In this document: in pieces, positions 49,877 through 60,298 of the stretch | Position numbering within the stretch: the first letter of the stretch is position 1 | Layout: every line of letters starts with the position of its first letter | Source of the DNA: a plasmid | Length of the DNA stretch: 64,000 bases | Direction: 5' to 3' (one strand) | Sequence record: NZ_CP024444.1 | Position numbers and translations under genes: made by a program | Notes under the pieces: model-generated | The model's input: the letters and a program-made list of their open reading frames with translations, nothing else | Database searches by the model: none | What the model was told of the DNA's origin: nothing

Positions 49877-52506
49877 AGAGAACGGTTATGGCAAATAATA
49901 CTCCCCCGTCGTACCACAGTGAATTAAATGACCCTGCATACCTAGCATCGCTTGAAGATGAAGCATCGATGATGCAAGATTATGAAATTGACGAGCAGGA
50001 CCTTGATTTTCCTGTTAATCAGCAACCACAACAGCCCACCACTGACCCATTTGCGCAGCCCACGCCCCAACCCGTGCCACAGCGCAGTAATGACCCCATG
50101 CAGTCTTTTTTAAATGGGGAACCATCACAACGCCTTGCGCCACCGCCCCCCAAAGATTTAAACAGTCTATTAAATAATCTTTTAGTTAGAGAATCTTCAC
50201 AAAACATGCCTGTGGTGGCACCACCGACTAATCTCGCTAATCAGTCTAATACACAGCCTAATGCCAGTTTAAATGTCAATGGTGAAATGGGTCAGGCACT
50301 TCAAGCCCAGCCTCTCTCAATTGAACGCTCGGACTTTTTAGATAAAGCTAATTTGCTGCAGCTCACCGATAATGAGCCTGCTTATTATGATGCGCTCATT
50401 AAATCCGTCCCTCTAAGCGATTTGCCGCCGAGTAATGAAATTGTCGATGCCATTGAGCGCAGTATGGTGTGCTACACGGAAGATGACCATAAAATAATGG
50501 TCAAGTCGCAGTTAAATAGCAATAATACCCGTATTCAAGCGTTCGGTAAAAAAATTAAAGATGAAAATATTCAAGTAGACACGCCTGAATACTATGAAGC
50601 GATGGCGCAAATGCTTGAATTTGACGACTTGCCTGAACACCCTGTTGCGTTGTATAGGTTTTCAATGGCCTACCAACAACAGCATTCGCCAAACCAAACA
50701 TTGGCTAATTGGCAACCCAATCCAGCGTTAGCCTCACTCAATCCAAAATTTGCTCAAAGCTTGCAAAATTCAGCGATTACTGTGCTGCCAAACCCACCAT
50801 TGCCTAACAACTCAACAACACCCACCCAAATAACCCCGACTAGCAACAAGCCATCGTTGTCGTCGCTGTTAAATAATTTGCACAGCCAACAAAAACAAAC
50901 GCAAACCATGGCTAATGCAGCTGCCACTAATACCACGCAAACTGCACCAGCAGCAACGACACAATCAACCACCACGCCAGCGCAAATTAATGCAAATACT
51001 GCCAACCCAACAACCCCATCGGCTAACCCAGCACCAACACAACCACAAACACCAACTTTTGCGCAACCAACACCTATTGGAAAAACAACAACCACGATAA
51101 ATCCTACGGTACCTTCAAATGCACAAGCCAATGCCACAACGCCTGCGACGCCTACAACGGCTCAAAGTAATTCAGCACAAGCTAAACAAGCACCTAATCA
51201 ACAAAATCAGCAAACCAACCCGAGTAATCAACAACAGATGCCACAAGGCAATCAAACCACCTACGCTTCACCTGTTCCCCCGAATGGTGGCGTAGTCCGT
51301 GGTCCAAGTGGAACCCCATCTAATATCCCAAGTGGCGCAGATGCCTTTGTGACTGGGGCTGGCATGCTAGGCGGTGCCGCTTTTTCAGCATCCGCTACCA
51401 TTTTGCGTGGCGGTGACAAGGTATTACAGATAAGCGGTAGCGTGATAACTCGTGCCGCCTCATTTTTGGCTGGCAAGGCATCTGAAAAATTATCGCAACC
51501 AGCGGCTAATCTGCCCGGCATGGCACCAACCACGCCCAACCAACAAAATCAGCCACAGCAAGCACCCGTTAACCAAAATTTACAGCAAGCACCTGTTAGC
51601 CAACCACTTAATACAAATGGTACACCTTGGTCAACGCCACCGACGACGGTGCCTAACCCAAATGTTCGCCCTACACCTATGCCACTGTCACCTTTTGCCA
51701 AGCCAGCACCGATCGGTAGCACGACGACATTCTCACCCTACAACCAACCAACTGCGCCAACACCAAGGGTTATTCAGTTAAACCCCTTAACACCACCCGT
51801 GTCAGCGCAGATCAGCCCATCGATGTCGTTCTCGCCAGTCAAGCAAAGCTCGCCATTGGCTTTACCGTCCTCAAATCCATTATCACCACCGCCAACGATA
51901 CCGCCAGTGGTTAACCAAACCTTTAGCCCATATCCCGGCAATGGTCTTCTTGCCTTGCCTGCACCGAAGCCATCCCCAGCACCTATACCAATGCAAAATG
52001 GCTTTGGCAGTAATGATGCGCAATACCAACAACAGGCGGCTGGCTTGGGCAGACTTCGCGGTTCTGCGTTTACTGCATCAATGAACCATGCCGATGAATT
52101 TATCCGCATCAGTAAAGAGCTTGATGACCCTAAAAACAGCTTTTCGGGTAAAGATTTAGCAGACCGCAAAAAAGCTATGTCGACGCATTTGGACAATTAT
52201 TTGCAATATTCCAAAGGCTACTTAGATGACCCGAAAGTAAATCCTAAAAATGCGAACGCCTATGAAGAGCCTACCAATGCCCTGCAAAAAAAACACAGTG
52301 AAGTTGAAGATGCGGTTAATAAAATGGCTAAAAAAGGCCATCTTGATCCAAACACGAAAGATGCCGACGGCAAAACCCTAGAAGAGAAAATGAAGGCATT
52401 GGGCGAGCGTGTTAAAGCAATGGTAGAAAAAATTGCCAACGTGGTGAAATCGGTTGCTAATACGCTTTCAAACACATTCTCGAATTCTTCCTCCCCTAAC
52501 CCTTAG
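49870..52506 (+). CDS. hypothetical 878-aa Pro/Gln/Thr/Asn-rich, largely low-complexity protein with a structured C-terminal ~150 aa
   Basis: Long PT/Q repeats (TPTQITPTSNKPS.., NPTTPSANPAPTQPQTPT..). Central Gly/Ala hydrophobic stretch GAGMLGGAAFSASATIL. Coiled-coil C-terminus. Confidence 0.5.
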   Translation: MIKRTVMANNTPPSYHSELNDPAYLASLEDEASMMQDYEIDEQDLDFPVNQQPQQPTTDPFAQPTPQPVPQRSNDPMQSFLNGEPSQRLAPPPPKDLNSLLNNLLVRESSQNMPVVAPPTNLANQSNTQPNASLNVNGEMGQALQAQPLSIERSDFLDKANLLQLTDNEPAYYDALIKSVPLSDLPPSNEIVDAIERSMVCYTEDDHKIMVKSQLNSNNTRIQAFGKKIKDENIQVDTPEYYEAMAQMLEFDDLPEHPVALYRFSMAYQQQHSPNQTLANWQPNPALASLNPKFAQSLQNSAITVLPNPPLPNNSTTPTQITPTSNKPSLSSLLNNLHSQQKQTQTMANAAATNTTQTAPAATTQSTTTPAQINANTANPTTPSANPAPTQPQTPTFAQPTPIGKTTTTINPTVPSNAQANATTPATPTTAQSNSAQAKQAPNQQNQQTNPSNQQQMPQGNQTTYASPVPPNGGVVRGPSGTPSNIPSGADAFVTGAGMLGGAAFSASATILRGGDKVLQISGSVITRAASFLAGKASEKLSQPAANLPGMAPTTPNQQNQPQQAPVNQNLQQAPVSQPLNTNGTPWSTPPTTVPNPNVRPTPMPLSPFAKPAPIGSTTTFSPYNQPTAPTPRVIQLNPLTPPVSAQISPSMSFSPVKQSSPLALPSSNPLSPPPTIPPVVNQTFSPYPGNGLLALPAPKPSPAPIPMQNGFGSNDAQYQQQAAGLGRLRGSAFTASMNHADEFIRISKELDDPKNSFSGKDLADRKKAMSTHLDNYLQYSKGYLDDPKVNPKNANAYEEPTNALQKKHSEVEDAVNKMAKKGHLDPNTKDADGKTLEEKMKALGERVKAMVEKIANVVKSVANTLSNTFSNSSSPNP

Positions 52507-52554
52507 TGTGCTGTAAATCTGTTTTACCAACGACTAGCCTATCGTCGATAGGCT

Positions 52555-52576
52555 CATTAATTATTAGCGAATTAGG
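52555..52576 (+). promoter_or_regulatory. copy of the recurrent motif (CATTAATTATTAGCGAATTAGG), preceded by the 9-bp perfect palindrome AGCCTATCG-t-CGATAGGCT
   Basis: Seen in sequence. Confidence 0.5.
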
Positions 52577-52584
52577 ACCCAACC

Positions 52585-54081
52585 ATGACTAAATTTAACT
52601 TTGATGACCCAATTGCTGAAGATCGTAAACTCGCTGAAGAGGCGAAAGACTACCCAAAACTATCTACCCTACAATTTGAAAACTTTAGATACGCAAACCC
52701 TGAACAGGTACTAAACCACATTGATATCTTGTTCGCTGATGAGGCGATAGTTAATCGTCAGTACAACGATAATAACATCAGTATTTTTGTTAATCGTCGT
52801 GAAGAGCAAGTAATTAGAGAACCTATCCCCGAAAAGGAAATGGATGCACTGGTAAACGGTGTTGATTACTTGTTAACCCGTGGTTATGAACCCAATGATA
52901 TTTTAAAAGAAGTGCGTTTTTACCACGAGCAGGGTGATAATAAATTATCTATTCATAGCCAATTAGCACAATATGCGTTAGACAATCAGCACGGTAAACT
53001 TGCCCATACTCTTATAATGGCATCACATGGACAGCCTGAAAACCCGGCCAATAAACAGCAAGACAATATTGCAGATTTATCCCTATTAGCTGCTAGAAAT
53101 GCCAATGAACAAGAAATCAAGCAATTACTTGAAGGGGGCAAAATTGGCTTTTTAACTGCTGTCAACCAAGTGGTTAACCGTAACCACGACAATGATGACA
53201 AAACCAAAGCCAAAATCGTAGTTGCCGCCTTGCAAGCTGATCTTGATGACCCGTACAAAAGTTTGCGCAATTTACACAAGGCTTATAGATTTAATACGGG
53301 TGAAACCACTTATGAAGCACCGCAAAACAAGGCCTTATTCGACTTTGCAATAGAAAGCACCACCGAGCAAATTATTAATAATGCTTATAGCCACTTGGTT
53401 TCCAATAAACTGAATTATTTTGACAAACAAGAATCGCTTGAAGATGACGCACAATTCAAGCGTCTAAATACGACAGTTGAAGAAATTCAGCATTTTCGCA
53501 TGAATACCAAGTTGGATTTACATATCGACGATGCTCGCTTAGGTGTTAGATACGATATGTCGTTTGAGAATGTGGCAACACATTTACCACAAATGGTAGA
53601 ACAAAACGAAAAAAGCTTGTCCGAACAATTTTCTGTTTCGGTGTCAATTGGGGCAAGCTTTAGCTCAAAAGTTCAACAGTTTGATATCAATGAGCTAAAT
53701 ACCAAAAAAATCGAAGAAATGGGCATCGACAACCCAACAATTACCTTTCACAATGATTTGAATTTATCATTTCAGGTGAGTAAGTTAAATATCTTTATGG
53801 AAGTCAGTCAAGACAAGCTTGAAGCTTTCACCGAAGTCAAAGAAGTATTATCCGAAACACCTTGGTATCAAGCCCTAAAATCGCTCAATCGGTTTGATCC
53901 TCAATCTGAGTCGCCTCATAAAACTGTACCAACCAATGAACGTTTCATAGATTTTACGATGGCGATGCATTCTATGAGTGAAAATCGTGTTTACGACAAC
54001 AAAAACAAACCCGAAGTGGCTCATAACGAACCGACACCGCCTAGTAATGAAGCAGATAATGATTTTGGTTATGCACCTTAA
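52585..54081 (+). CDS. hypothetical 498-aa protein
   Basis: No motifs recognised. Confidence 0.45.
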   Translation: MTKFNFDDPIAEDRKLAEEAKDYPKLSTLQFENFRYANPEQVLNHIDILFADEAIVNRQYNDNNISIFVNRREEQVIREPIPEKEMDALVNGVDYLLTRGYEPNDILKEVRFYHEQGDNKLSIHSQLAQYALDNQHGKLAHTLIMASHGQPENPANKQQDNIADLSLLAARNANEQEIKQLLEGGKIGFLTAVNQVVNRNHDNDDKTKAKIVVAALQADLDDPYKSLRNLHKAYRFNTGETTYEAPQNKALFDFAIESTTEQIINNAYSHLVSNKLNYFDKQESLEDDAQFKRLNTTVEEIQHFRMNTKLDLHIDDARLGVRYDMSFENVATHLPQMVEQNEKSLSEQFSVSVSIGASFSSKVQQFDINELNTKKIEEMGIDNPTITFHNDLNLSFQVSKLNIFMEVSQDKLEAFTEVKEVLSETPWYQALKSLNRFDPQSESPHKTVPTNERFIDFTMAMHSMSENRVYDNKNKPEVAHNEPTPPSNEADNDFGYAP

Positions 54082-54190
54082 TGTCATTCACCACGCCAGC
54101 AGTCTGAACAAGACTGCTTGGCACAACCATTTATCCATTTTTTTAACAAGTATGCATAAAATCTAAATCTAATATCCCTTAAGAGGCTAT

Positions 54191-54853
54191 ATGTTAACAA
54201 CGTCTATTAACCCCACCGAACCATCAAGTAATGCTATGCACTTGTCAACAGCCAATCATGATGGCTTAGATAGCAACGATACCCAGCTAGACCGATTAAG
54301 CCTATACCCCATCAATTTTGAGCCTCACCTACTATCTAAGCTTTTTGCCTCTATTGAAAATCAGCCTGTTCCTGTGATTGGTGATACATTTACGGTAAAG
54401 CGCGTAGAAAGCTTTATTGCTAAATACCCACAATTATGTCAGTACCATATCCAAGCATTAACCAAAAACAGCACCAATCGCCTACTGGTAAATTATAACC
54501 AACCTTTTATTCAGCAGCACGGCATTGATGATGCCAACCAGCTAATTAGCGCATTGTTTGGTAGCTTATATTTTCCAGCAACCGATGAACAAGCCTTTAA
54601 AGCTTATATTCAAGATTTCTACTATAGTTTAGACTTGCTGCCCTTTGATGTGGCGTTATATTTGTTTGTAACTTGGTTTAATTACCATAAAACCAATGAA
54701 TTATATTCACAAAACTTTTTAATGATGCTTTATGAATCAGGCAATATTCATATTGCCCGTATCACAGTAAACATCATAGCTGTATGCCGATTATTTTTAG
54801 TAAACAGTATTAAAAATACGCAACATAATGATATACTAGAAAAAGTGTTTTAA
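54191..54853 (+). CDS. hypothetical 220-aa protein
   Basis: ORF within the co-directional operon. Confidence 0.4.
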   Translation: MLTTSINPTEPSSNAMHLSTANHDGLDSNDTQLDRLSLYPINFEPHLLSKLFASIENQPVPVIGDTFTVKRVESFIAKYPQLCQYHIQALTKNSTNRLLVNYNQPFIQQHGIDDANQLISALFGSLYFPATDEQAFKAYIQDFYYSLDLLPFDVALYLFVTWFNYHKTNELYSQNFLMMLYESGNIHIARITVNIIAVCRLFLVNSIKNTQHNDILEKVF

Positions 54854-54944
54854 TATCGTTAATTGTATTGCACAACTGTCACTAGCAATAGTAAATTATA
54901 AGATAATTGGCTCAACATGCGCCTAGCGGTATTTTAAAAACCAT

Positions 54945-54960
54945 TTAGTTATAGCGAACG
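54945..54960 (+). promoter_or_regulatory. degenerate copy of the recurrent motif (TTTAGTTATAGCGAACG)
   Basis: Seen in sequence; it is followed by the SD GAGGAA and the ATG at 54969. Confidence 0.4.
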
Positions 54961-54968
54961 AGGAACCT

Positions 54969-56399
54969 ATGAGTAACCATGCTCTAAAGCGCAGACCTTT
55001 GACAACTGCCGTTAAGCAAAATCGCCAAGTATGGCGACAACCAAGCACTTATGCCGCTTTAGTAGTAGGTGGTGCTATTAGCGCATCTATCCCAGTTTTC
55101 GCAGCATCCGCAAGCGGCAGTGGCACAACATTATCGCCTAACAACACAGCAACGACGACGTTTCAACAAACCATGACGTCACCAGCAGCTACCAATACAT
55201 CCACGCCAGCCACATCAACGATTACCACATCAGGCAGTACCTCGCCAGCCTCGTCCGTTACCAGTGACGTAAAAGCCGCTGCTTTGGAATGTGGCGATAC
55301 GAAAAACCCACAAGGTTTAGCTGCAGCCCAACAAGCCGTACTCAACCAAGCTGTGCAAGACGCGGTTGTCACACCAAAAACCGATGAAATCTTCAATCCA
55401 CAACAAAGTGGCAATGCGGCAACCCAAGGTTGTTTTACCGCCAGTTCGCAAATTATCAATTTAGCAACCTTAATTCCAACGGTACCAAGTATCAGCTGGG
55501 GTAATATTGCTACCATGGTACAAAATGTGGTTAATCAACAAATCCAAAAAGTTCAAGAGCAAATGATTAACCGTGGCTGTCAAATTGCTGACCAAGCTAT
55601 TTTAAATGCAGTCAAGCCATTAAATGCTTACATCACACAAATTCAAAACGTGAATGGCATGTTAAATAATTCTGAAGCGTTAATTGGTAGTTATTTATCT
55701 CAACAAGCGTCCGACCAAATTGGTAAAATCGATTTAAGCTTTAATGGTGTGCTTGATAACTTACAAAGCAGTGTTGACAGTAATGTCAGTAACGCGACAT
55801 CAACCTATGGCAATATCACGGGTGTTGAGAAAATCACCCAAGCAGTATCACAATACAGCACCAACGGCTTGATGACCAATGCCCAAGATGCCAATGTATC
55901 AGCGCAAAATCTTCAATTGCAACAAGCCCAAGCTTATTTAAACCAAGTTATTGCTAATAAGCCGCCACAAGTAGGAACCACATTCGGTGATTCAGGTTTA
56001 ACCTATTGTAAATACTTAGTGCCTAATCAGTGTACGCCAATCACGCCATCTGAATACAGCGAAATACAACAACAAGCAAATGATTATAGAACTCGCTTAC
56101 AAACGGCTAATCAGTGGGTACAACGCGCTCAAACAGGCGTTACTACCGCAACCACTGTACCATCAACTGGCACATCCACAGGCACGATGACCGCAAACCC
56201 AGCTATTACTTCACAGTCAACAACCAACAATACAACGACAGGTCAAACCGCCCAAGACGTATTAAAACAAATGCAGGCACAAAATAGCACGAATAGTACA
56301 GCTAATCAGCCTGCGCAGAATGCGAATGATAATAGCTCAAACTCACAATCAAATATTGGTTCTACGATTGCTAATTCGATTTCCAGTTTGTTTAAATAA
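54969..56399 (+). CDS. exported Thr/Ser-rich protein, paralogue family member A (Cys-loop YCKYLVPNQC)
   Basis: N-terminal hydrophobic segment ALVVGGAISASIPVFAASA. T/S-rich low-complexity regions. A conserved two-Cys loop is shared with the next three genes. Confidence 0.5.
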   Translation: MSNHALKRRPLTTAVKQNRQVWRQPSTYAALVVGGAISASIPVFAASASGSGTTLSPNNTATTTFQQTMTSPAATNTSTPATSTITTSGSTSPASSVTSDVKAAALECGDTKNPQGLAAAQQAVLNQAVQDAVVTPKTDEIFNPQQSGNAATQGCFTASSQIINLATLIPTVPSISWGNIATMVQNVVNQQIQKVQEQMINRGCQIADQAILNAVKPLNAYITQIQNVNGMLNNSEALIGSYLSQQASDQIGKIDLSFNGVLDNLQSSVDSNVSNATSTYGNITGVEKITQAVSQYSTNGLMTNAQDANVSAQNLQLQQAQAYLNQVIANKPPQVGTTFGDSGLTYCKYLVPNQCTPITPSEYSEIQQQANDYRTRLQTANQWVQRAQTGVTTATTVPSTGTSTGTMTANPAITSQSTTNNTTTGQTAQDVLKQMQAQNSTNSTANQPAQNANDNSSNSQSNIGSTIANSISSLFK

Positions 56400-56410
56400 A
56401 GTGAGGGGCT

Positions 56411-57424
56411 ATGAGCAGGGCGTTGACAATTCAGCCGCCAAAACGCGATTTAACTCAATCACGTAACGGCAAGCGTAAATCAAAGACCGCAACGTATATC
56501 ACGTCTGCGGTTGTGGCTATTTCACTATCTTCTTCAATTGCATTAATGAGTCATAATGCAAAAGCTTTTTCATTTAGTGATATCACCCAGCTTTTAGGTG
56601 CAACAGGCAGTATCATCCAAAGCGATTATTTGGTATCGGCATTTAAAGCTAATACCGCCCAAACCGCCATGCATGCTGAACGTACTGGTAAAAGCATGTT
56701 GGATGCTGCCCAGTTAAAGGCTTTTTATACCTCAAATGCTCAAGCTGCCCTTAAAGTACGTGATGTGGTCGATGACCATACCATTGGTAAAGGCGTAACA
56801 AATTCAGCGAATTGTACCCAGCAAGCTGAACGCGTTCAAGTGCAAAACAAAGCAATTATGGCAACCAATAATAGCAATACGCAAATGACTGGCTTGGTGG
56901 GCGATTATGTAAAATCTGACGCCAGCCGATTAGCCTCTCGTTCTCGTGCGCATTTTATTGGTTTTTGTGATATTACTGAAGCAGCGCAAGGTTCCTGTAT
57001 TCCACTGCCACATGGCTTAGGTGGTGCAGACTCTAACTACTCTTTATATACCTCAAACCCACTATTGAGCGACGACACTGAAGTTGCCGCCCAAAACTTT
57101 GTGACCACAATTATTGACCCGTCGCGTTCGTCGTTTGACACCTGTACAACACTAAGCTGTCAAGCACTGGTCGATACCGAGAGCCGTTATGGTGCAATCG
57201 CCAGTGTTATTCAAAACTCACTGTTAGCACAAATCAATGATCGACGTGTCTTAATGCCGGAAGGTAGTGGTTCAAGCTCAAGTAGCAGTGCTTCAAGTGC
57301 CGCATCATCAACTAGCACAGCCAGCAGCACCACCACTGCGCCAAAAACCACAGCAACCACTAATGCGCCATCAAGTACCGCGGTGCCAGCCAGCACTGGC
57401 AAAACCACCAATGGCAGTCATTAG
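56411..57424 (+). CDS. membrane-anchored/exported protein, paralogue family member B (Cys-loop FCDITEAAQGSC)
   Basis: N-terminal TM YITSAVVAISLSSSIALMS. C-terminal Ser-rich tail. Confidence 0.5.
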   Translation: MSRALTIQPPKRDLTQSRNGKRKSKTATYITSAVVAISLSSSIALMSHNAKAFSFSDITQLLGATGSIIQSDYLVSAFKANTAQTAMHAERTGKSMLDAAQLKAFYTSNAQAALKVRDVVDDHTIGKGVTNSANCTQQAERVQVQNKAIMATNNSNTQMTGLVGDYVKSDASRLASRSRAHFIGFCDITEAAQGSCIPLPHGLGGADSNYSLYTSNPLLSDDTEVAAQNFVTTIIDPSRSSFDTCTTLSCQALVDTESRYGAIASVIQNSLLAQINDRRVLMPEGSGSSSSSSASSAASSTSTASSTTTAPKTTATTNAPSSTAVPASTGKTTNGSH

Positions 57425-57570
57425 TATTTATATTTTTGGTGTTAACCAGTATGTTAAGCGATTGAGTGCAACTTCATCGCTTTCCTAAAATAAGTAATTT
57501 TTAGTTTAGAAAAACCTTTAACATCCATTATCAAGTGAAAACTAGATAATAAAATATCTTAGGATGTATT

Positions 57571-58770
57571 ATGAAACTTAGCGAATTAAATAAACGGCTA
57601 AAGCTTGCTGTAAAGCAAAATAAAGCCTACACCACTCTTCTTGGCGCATCTGTAACCACACCCTTACTACTTGCGTTATATGGTTGGCACCCCGGGGTAA
57701 CGGTTAATGCTGTGACTTCGGGTTTGGTTGGTTTAAACTCCACCATTATTGCTCAAATCACCAAAATGTCATTTGGTTATCAAAAAGCCATTACTGACAA
57801 TACCACCATCTTAAATGAAGCAGTGAAGGTAGCGACCGCCCAAGAGTCGATTGCCACCACACAGATTGCCAAAGCAGATAAAAACGCTCGTCAATTATCA
57901 GTTGACTATAAAGCTGCTGTGCAAGCATCTAATGACATTATGGATGCCAAGTTAAAATTTGGTGGTCAAACAGGTCAAGGTTATAGCCCATGTTTGGTAT
58001 TGGCTAAAAATACCCAGCTCGACAAAGGGATGTCGGCAGCCAATGCCGAGGCGTTAGCTAAAGTTGATGAACTTGATAACGCACCGGGCGCGGTTGCTGA
58101 CAGTGCTTTAACCGCCCTACAAAGACGTGATGAACATCATAAAAACAACTTCTGTACGCCCGAGGAAAAAGAGGCTGGCAAGTGTTCAACAGTGTCATCA
58201 ATGCCTGGTTCAGACTCTAATGCGGCAACCCTATTTGTTTCATCAAAACCCGGCTCACTCATGAGTGAGGCTAAAATTGAAACACGTCAAAATATCTTAG
58301 GTTCACCCGTGTTATCACTACCAGCTGCAGGCGGACAATCGATCGCTGGACAAGCTTATCTTGCGGCAGTCAATCATAAAACCGCCCTATCCGCATTCCC
58401 AGCACTTACTTTAGCTAAATTAGATGCCATGAGCCAAGTGCGTGATGACCTAAAGGATGAAAAAGGCAATCCGCAGTCTGCCAATGACATGCTATTTAAC
58501 GCAGTTGGTCGCTATTATGGCGGTCCTGAAGCTGCAGAATGGAATAAATCAATGATCCAACAACAACCACGCGGTATGTTGGTTGAATTGGCAAAAATTG
58601 AAGGTTTGGGGGCATGGATGGACTATCACGAGTATGAAGACTATCAGTTGATGGCTGGCAATATCGCTGCCCTAACGCTAACCTCTGCCTTACCAATGGA
58701 AGAGTCACTACGTCGTCAGGCTCAACGTATGAACAACCGTAACGTAAATAATAACATCCCATTGAATTAA
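57571..58770 (+). CDS. membrane-anchored/exported protein, paralogue family member C (Cys-loop FCTPEEKEAGKC)
   Basis: N-terminal TM TTLLGASVTTPLLLALYGW. Ala/Lys-rich coiled-coil region. Confidence 0.5.
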   Translation: MKLSELNKRLKLAVKQNKAYTTLLGASVTTPLLLALYGWHPGVTVNAVTSGLVGLNSTIIAQITKMSFGYQKAITDNTTILNEAVKVATAQESIATTQIAKADKNARQLSVDYKAAVQASNDIMDAKLKFGGQTGQGYSPCLVLAKNTQLDKGMSAANAEALAKVDELDNAPGAVADSALTALQRRDEHHKNNFCTPEEKEAGKCSTVSSMPGSDSNAATLFVSSKPGSLMSEAKIETRQNILGSPVLSLPAAGGQSIAGQAYLAAVNHKTALSAFPALTLAKLDAMSQVRDDLKDEKGNPQSANDMLFNAVGRYYGGPEAAEWNKSMIQQQPRGMLVELAKIEGLGAWMDYHEYEDYQLMAGNIAALTLTSALPMEESLRRQAQRMNNRNVNNNIPLN

Positions 58771-58801
58771 CACGCCAACTAAACGGCAGTTAAGGTGATT
58801 T

Positions 58802-60106
58802 ATGATTAATTTTTTAGCGAATAAGAAACAGATATTTAAACCGTTGGCGATTGTAATCGCCACCAGTTTATCAGCTGAAGCAATGGCGAGCTGTGTTATT
58901 GACTCGGTTCACCCTGCAACCGCATTTACAGGTGATTTTGCCCAATCGCAAGCGACCTTATCAGCTGCTTTAAACGCCATGGATTTGGGTGTTAATAAAG
59001 CCCTAGAGTTACAAACAGCGGTTGTTTCCACCGCCGTCAACACCCTGACTTCACAAAAAGCGGTTGGCACCGTACAGTTAAGTAAAGCCATTAAAGACAA
59101 TACCCAACTTGAGGCCACCGCTGAACAGCAAATTGCTCAAAATGAACGAGTGAAAAAAGCTTTGCGTGATTATGGTCCACGCGGTATGGGTTTTGAAGTC
59201 TGCAAAGTCTTGGCTGAACGCCAAAAAATCGCTCGTACATCCGCTTTGGTTGATAAGGATGTATTTCGATTGGTTAATAGCGAGGTAACAGCCGCACCGG
59301 GTCGATACGCATCATCATCAAATGCGCTAGGTGTTCGACTAGCGTTGCATAATAAATTATATTGTACCGACGGTCAGGCTAGAGGTAATTTATGTAGTGG
59401 CAATGCGCCACGCCCAGGCAACGACTTAAAAGCTGAAGCCCTATTTGTTCCAGCATTGCCGGGTAGTGCCGCTTATGATGATAAAGTCGCCTTTATTAAT
59501 AATATGGCTGGCTTGCCATTTGATCCAGTACCATCAACCCAAGTGGGCACTTTACAAGGGTTGACCTATTCAGATTTGGCGCGTCGTGTTTCAGCGATTA
59601 AATCAACTGCGTTAACCACCTTGAAAACCATTCAGTCAAAATACTCCATCCCTGCTGATGTAGAAAATGACAACAACCAAACCGCTGCGTCCGCACCCAA
59701 TAACTCACAAGGTAAGAACAGTACCACCACTGAAAAAACCATTTTAGCCAGTGGTACTACCGCGCCTGCCGCCCCAGCAAATCCAGCGCAAGATTTACCA
59801 CTTGCCTTACAAGTTAAAAAAGACGTTAATCGTTATCTAGGTAGCGGTCAAGAATATAAAGAGTGGTCGCAAACACTGGTTAGTCTTGAAGAAAAGGGCG
59901 TCCTAGCCGAAATCTTACGTGAAAAAGCATTGCGTCTGCATATTCAAGCAGAAGAGTACAAAACCCTTCAGCAAATGGAAGCGATGTTGGCTGCAGCTGC
60001 TAGTGCTGAAACCTATAACGTTGGTATGGATAACAAACTTGAACGTCAACGCCAACAAGTTGTAAATCGCAACATCCGCCGTGCTATTAACGGCAACTCG
60101 CAATAG
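58802..60106 (+). CDS. exported protein, paralogue family member D (Cys-loop YCTDGQARGNLC)
   Basis: Signal-like PLAIVIATSLSAEAMA. A motif copy (ATTAATTTTTTAGCGAATAAG, 58805-58825) lies inside the listed 5-prime end, so the real start may be the TTG at 58843. Confidence 0.5.
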   Translation: MINFLANKKQIFKPLAIVIATSLSAEAMASCVIDSVHPATAFTGDFAQSQATLSAALNAMDLGVNKALELQTAVVSTAVNTLTSQKAVGTVQLSKAIKDNTQLEATAEQQIAQNERVKKALRDYGPRGMGFEVCKVLAERQKIARTSALVDKDVFRLVNSEVTAAPGRYASSSNALGVRLALHNKLYCTDGQARGNLCSGNAPRPGNDLKAEALFVPALPGSAAYDDKVAFINNMAGLPFDPVPSTQVGTLQGLTYSDLARRVSAIKSTALTTLKTIQSKYSIPADVENDNNQTAASAPNNSQGKNSTTTEKTILASGTTAPAAPANPAQDLPLALQVKKDVNRYLGSGQEYKEWSQTLVSLEEKGVLAEILREKALRLHIQAEEYKTLQQMEAMLAAAASAETYNVGMDNKLERQRQQVVNRNIRRAINGNSQ

Positions 60107-60115
60107 TTAGTTTTT

Positions 60116-60153
60116 AACACCAATAGTCTTCATGTTGGCTATTGGTGTTGTTA
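60116..60153 (+). terminator. rho-independent terminator after paralogue D
   Basis: AACACCAATAG-tcttcatgttgg-CTATTGGTGTT, then a T-rich run. Confidence 0.5.
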
Positions 60154-60274
60154 TATATTTTGTGGACTTATATTGATTTTTTAGCATAAGCTTATTCACA
60201 GTTACAAAAACAAGTTACTCAATATTTGTCTAAAATAAGACAATTTTGATTTAACTTATACTAAAAGTATATTT

Positions 60275-60298
60275 TATTAAGATTTAGCGAATATTAAC
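60275..60298 (+). promoter_or_regulatory. copy of the recurrent motif (TTATTAAGATTTAGCGAATATTAA), about 200 nt upstream of gene 60501
   Basis: Seen in sequence. Confidence 0.4.
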
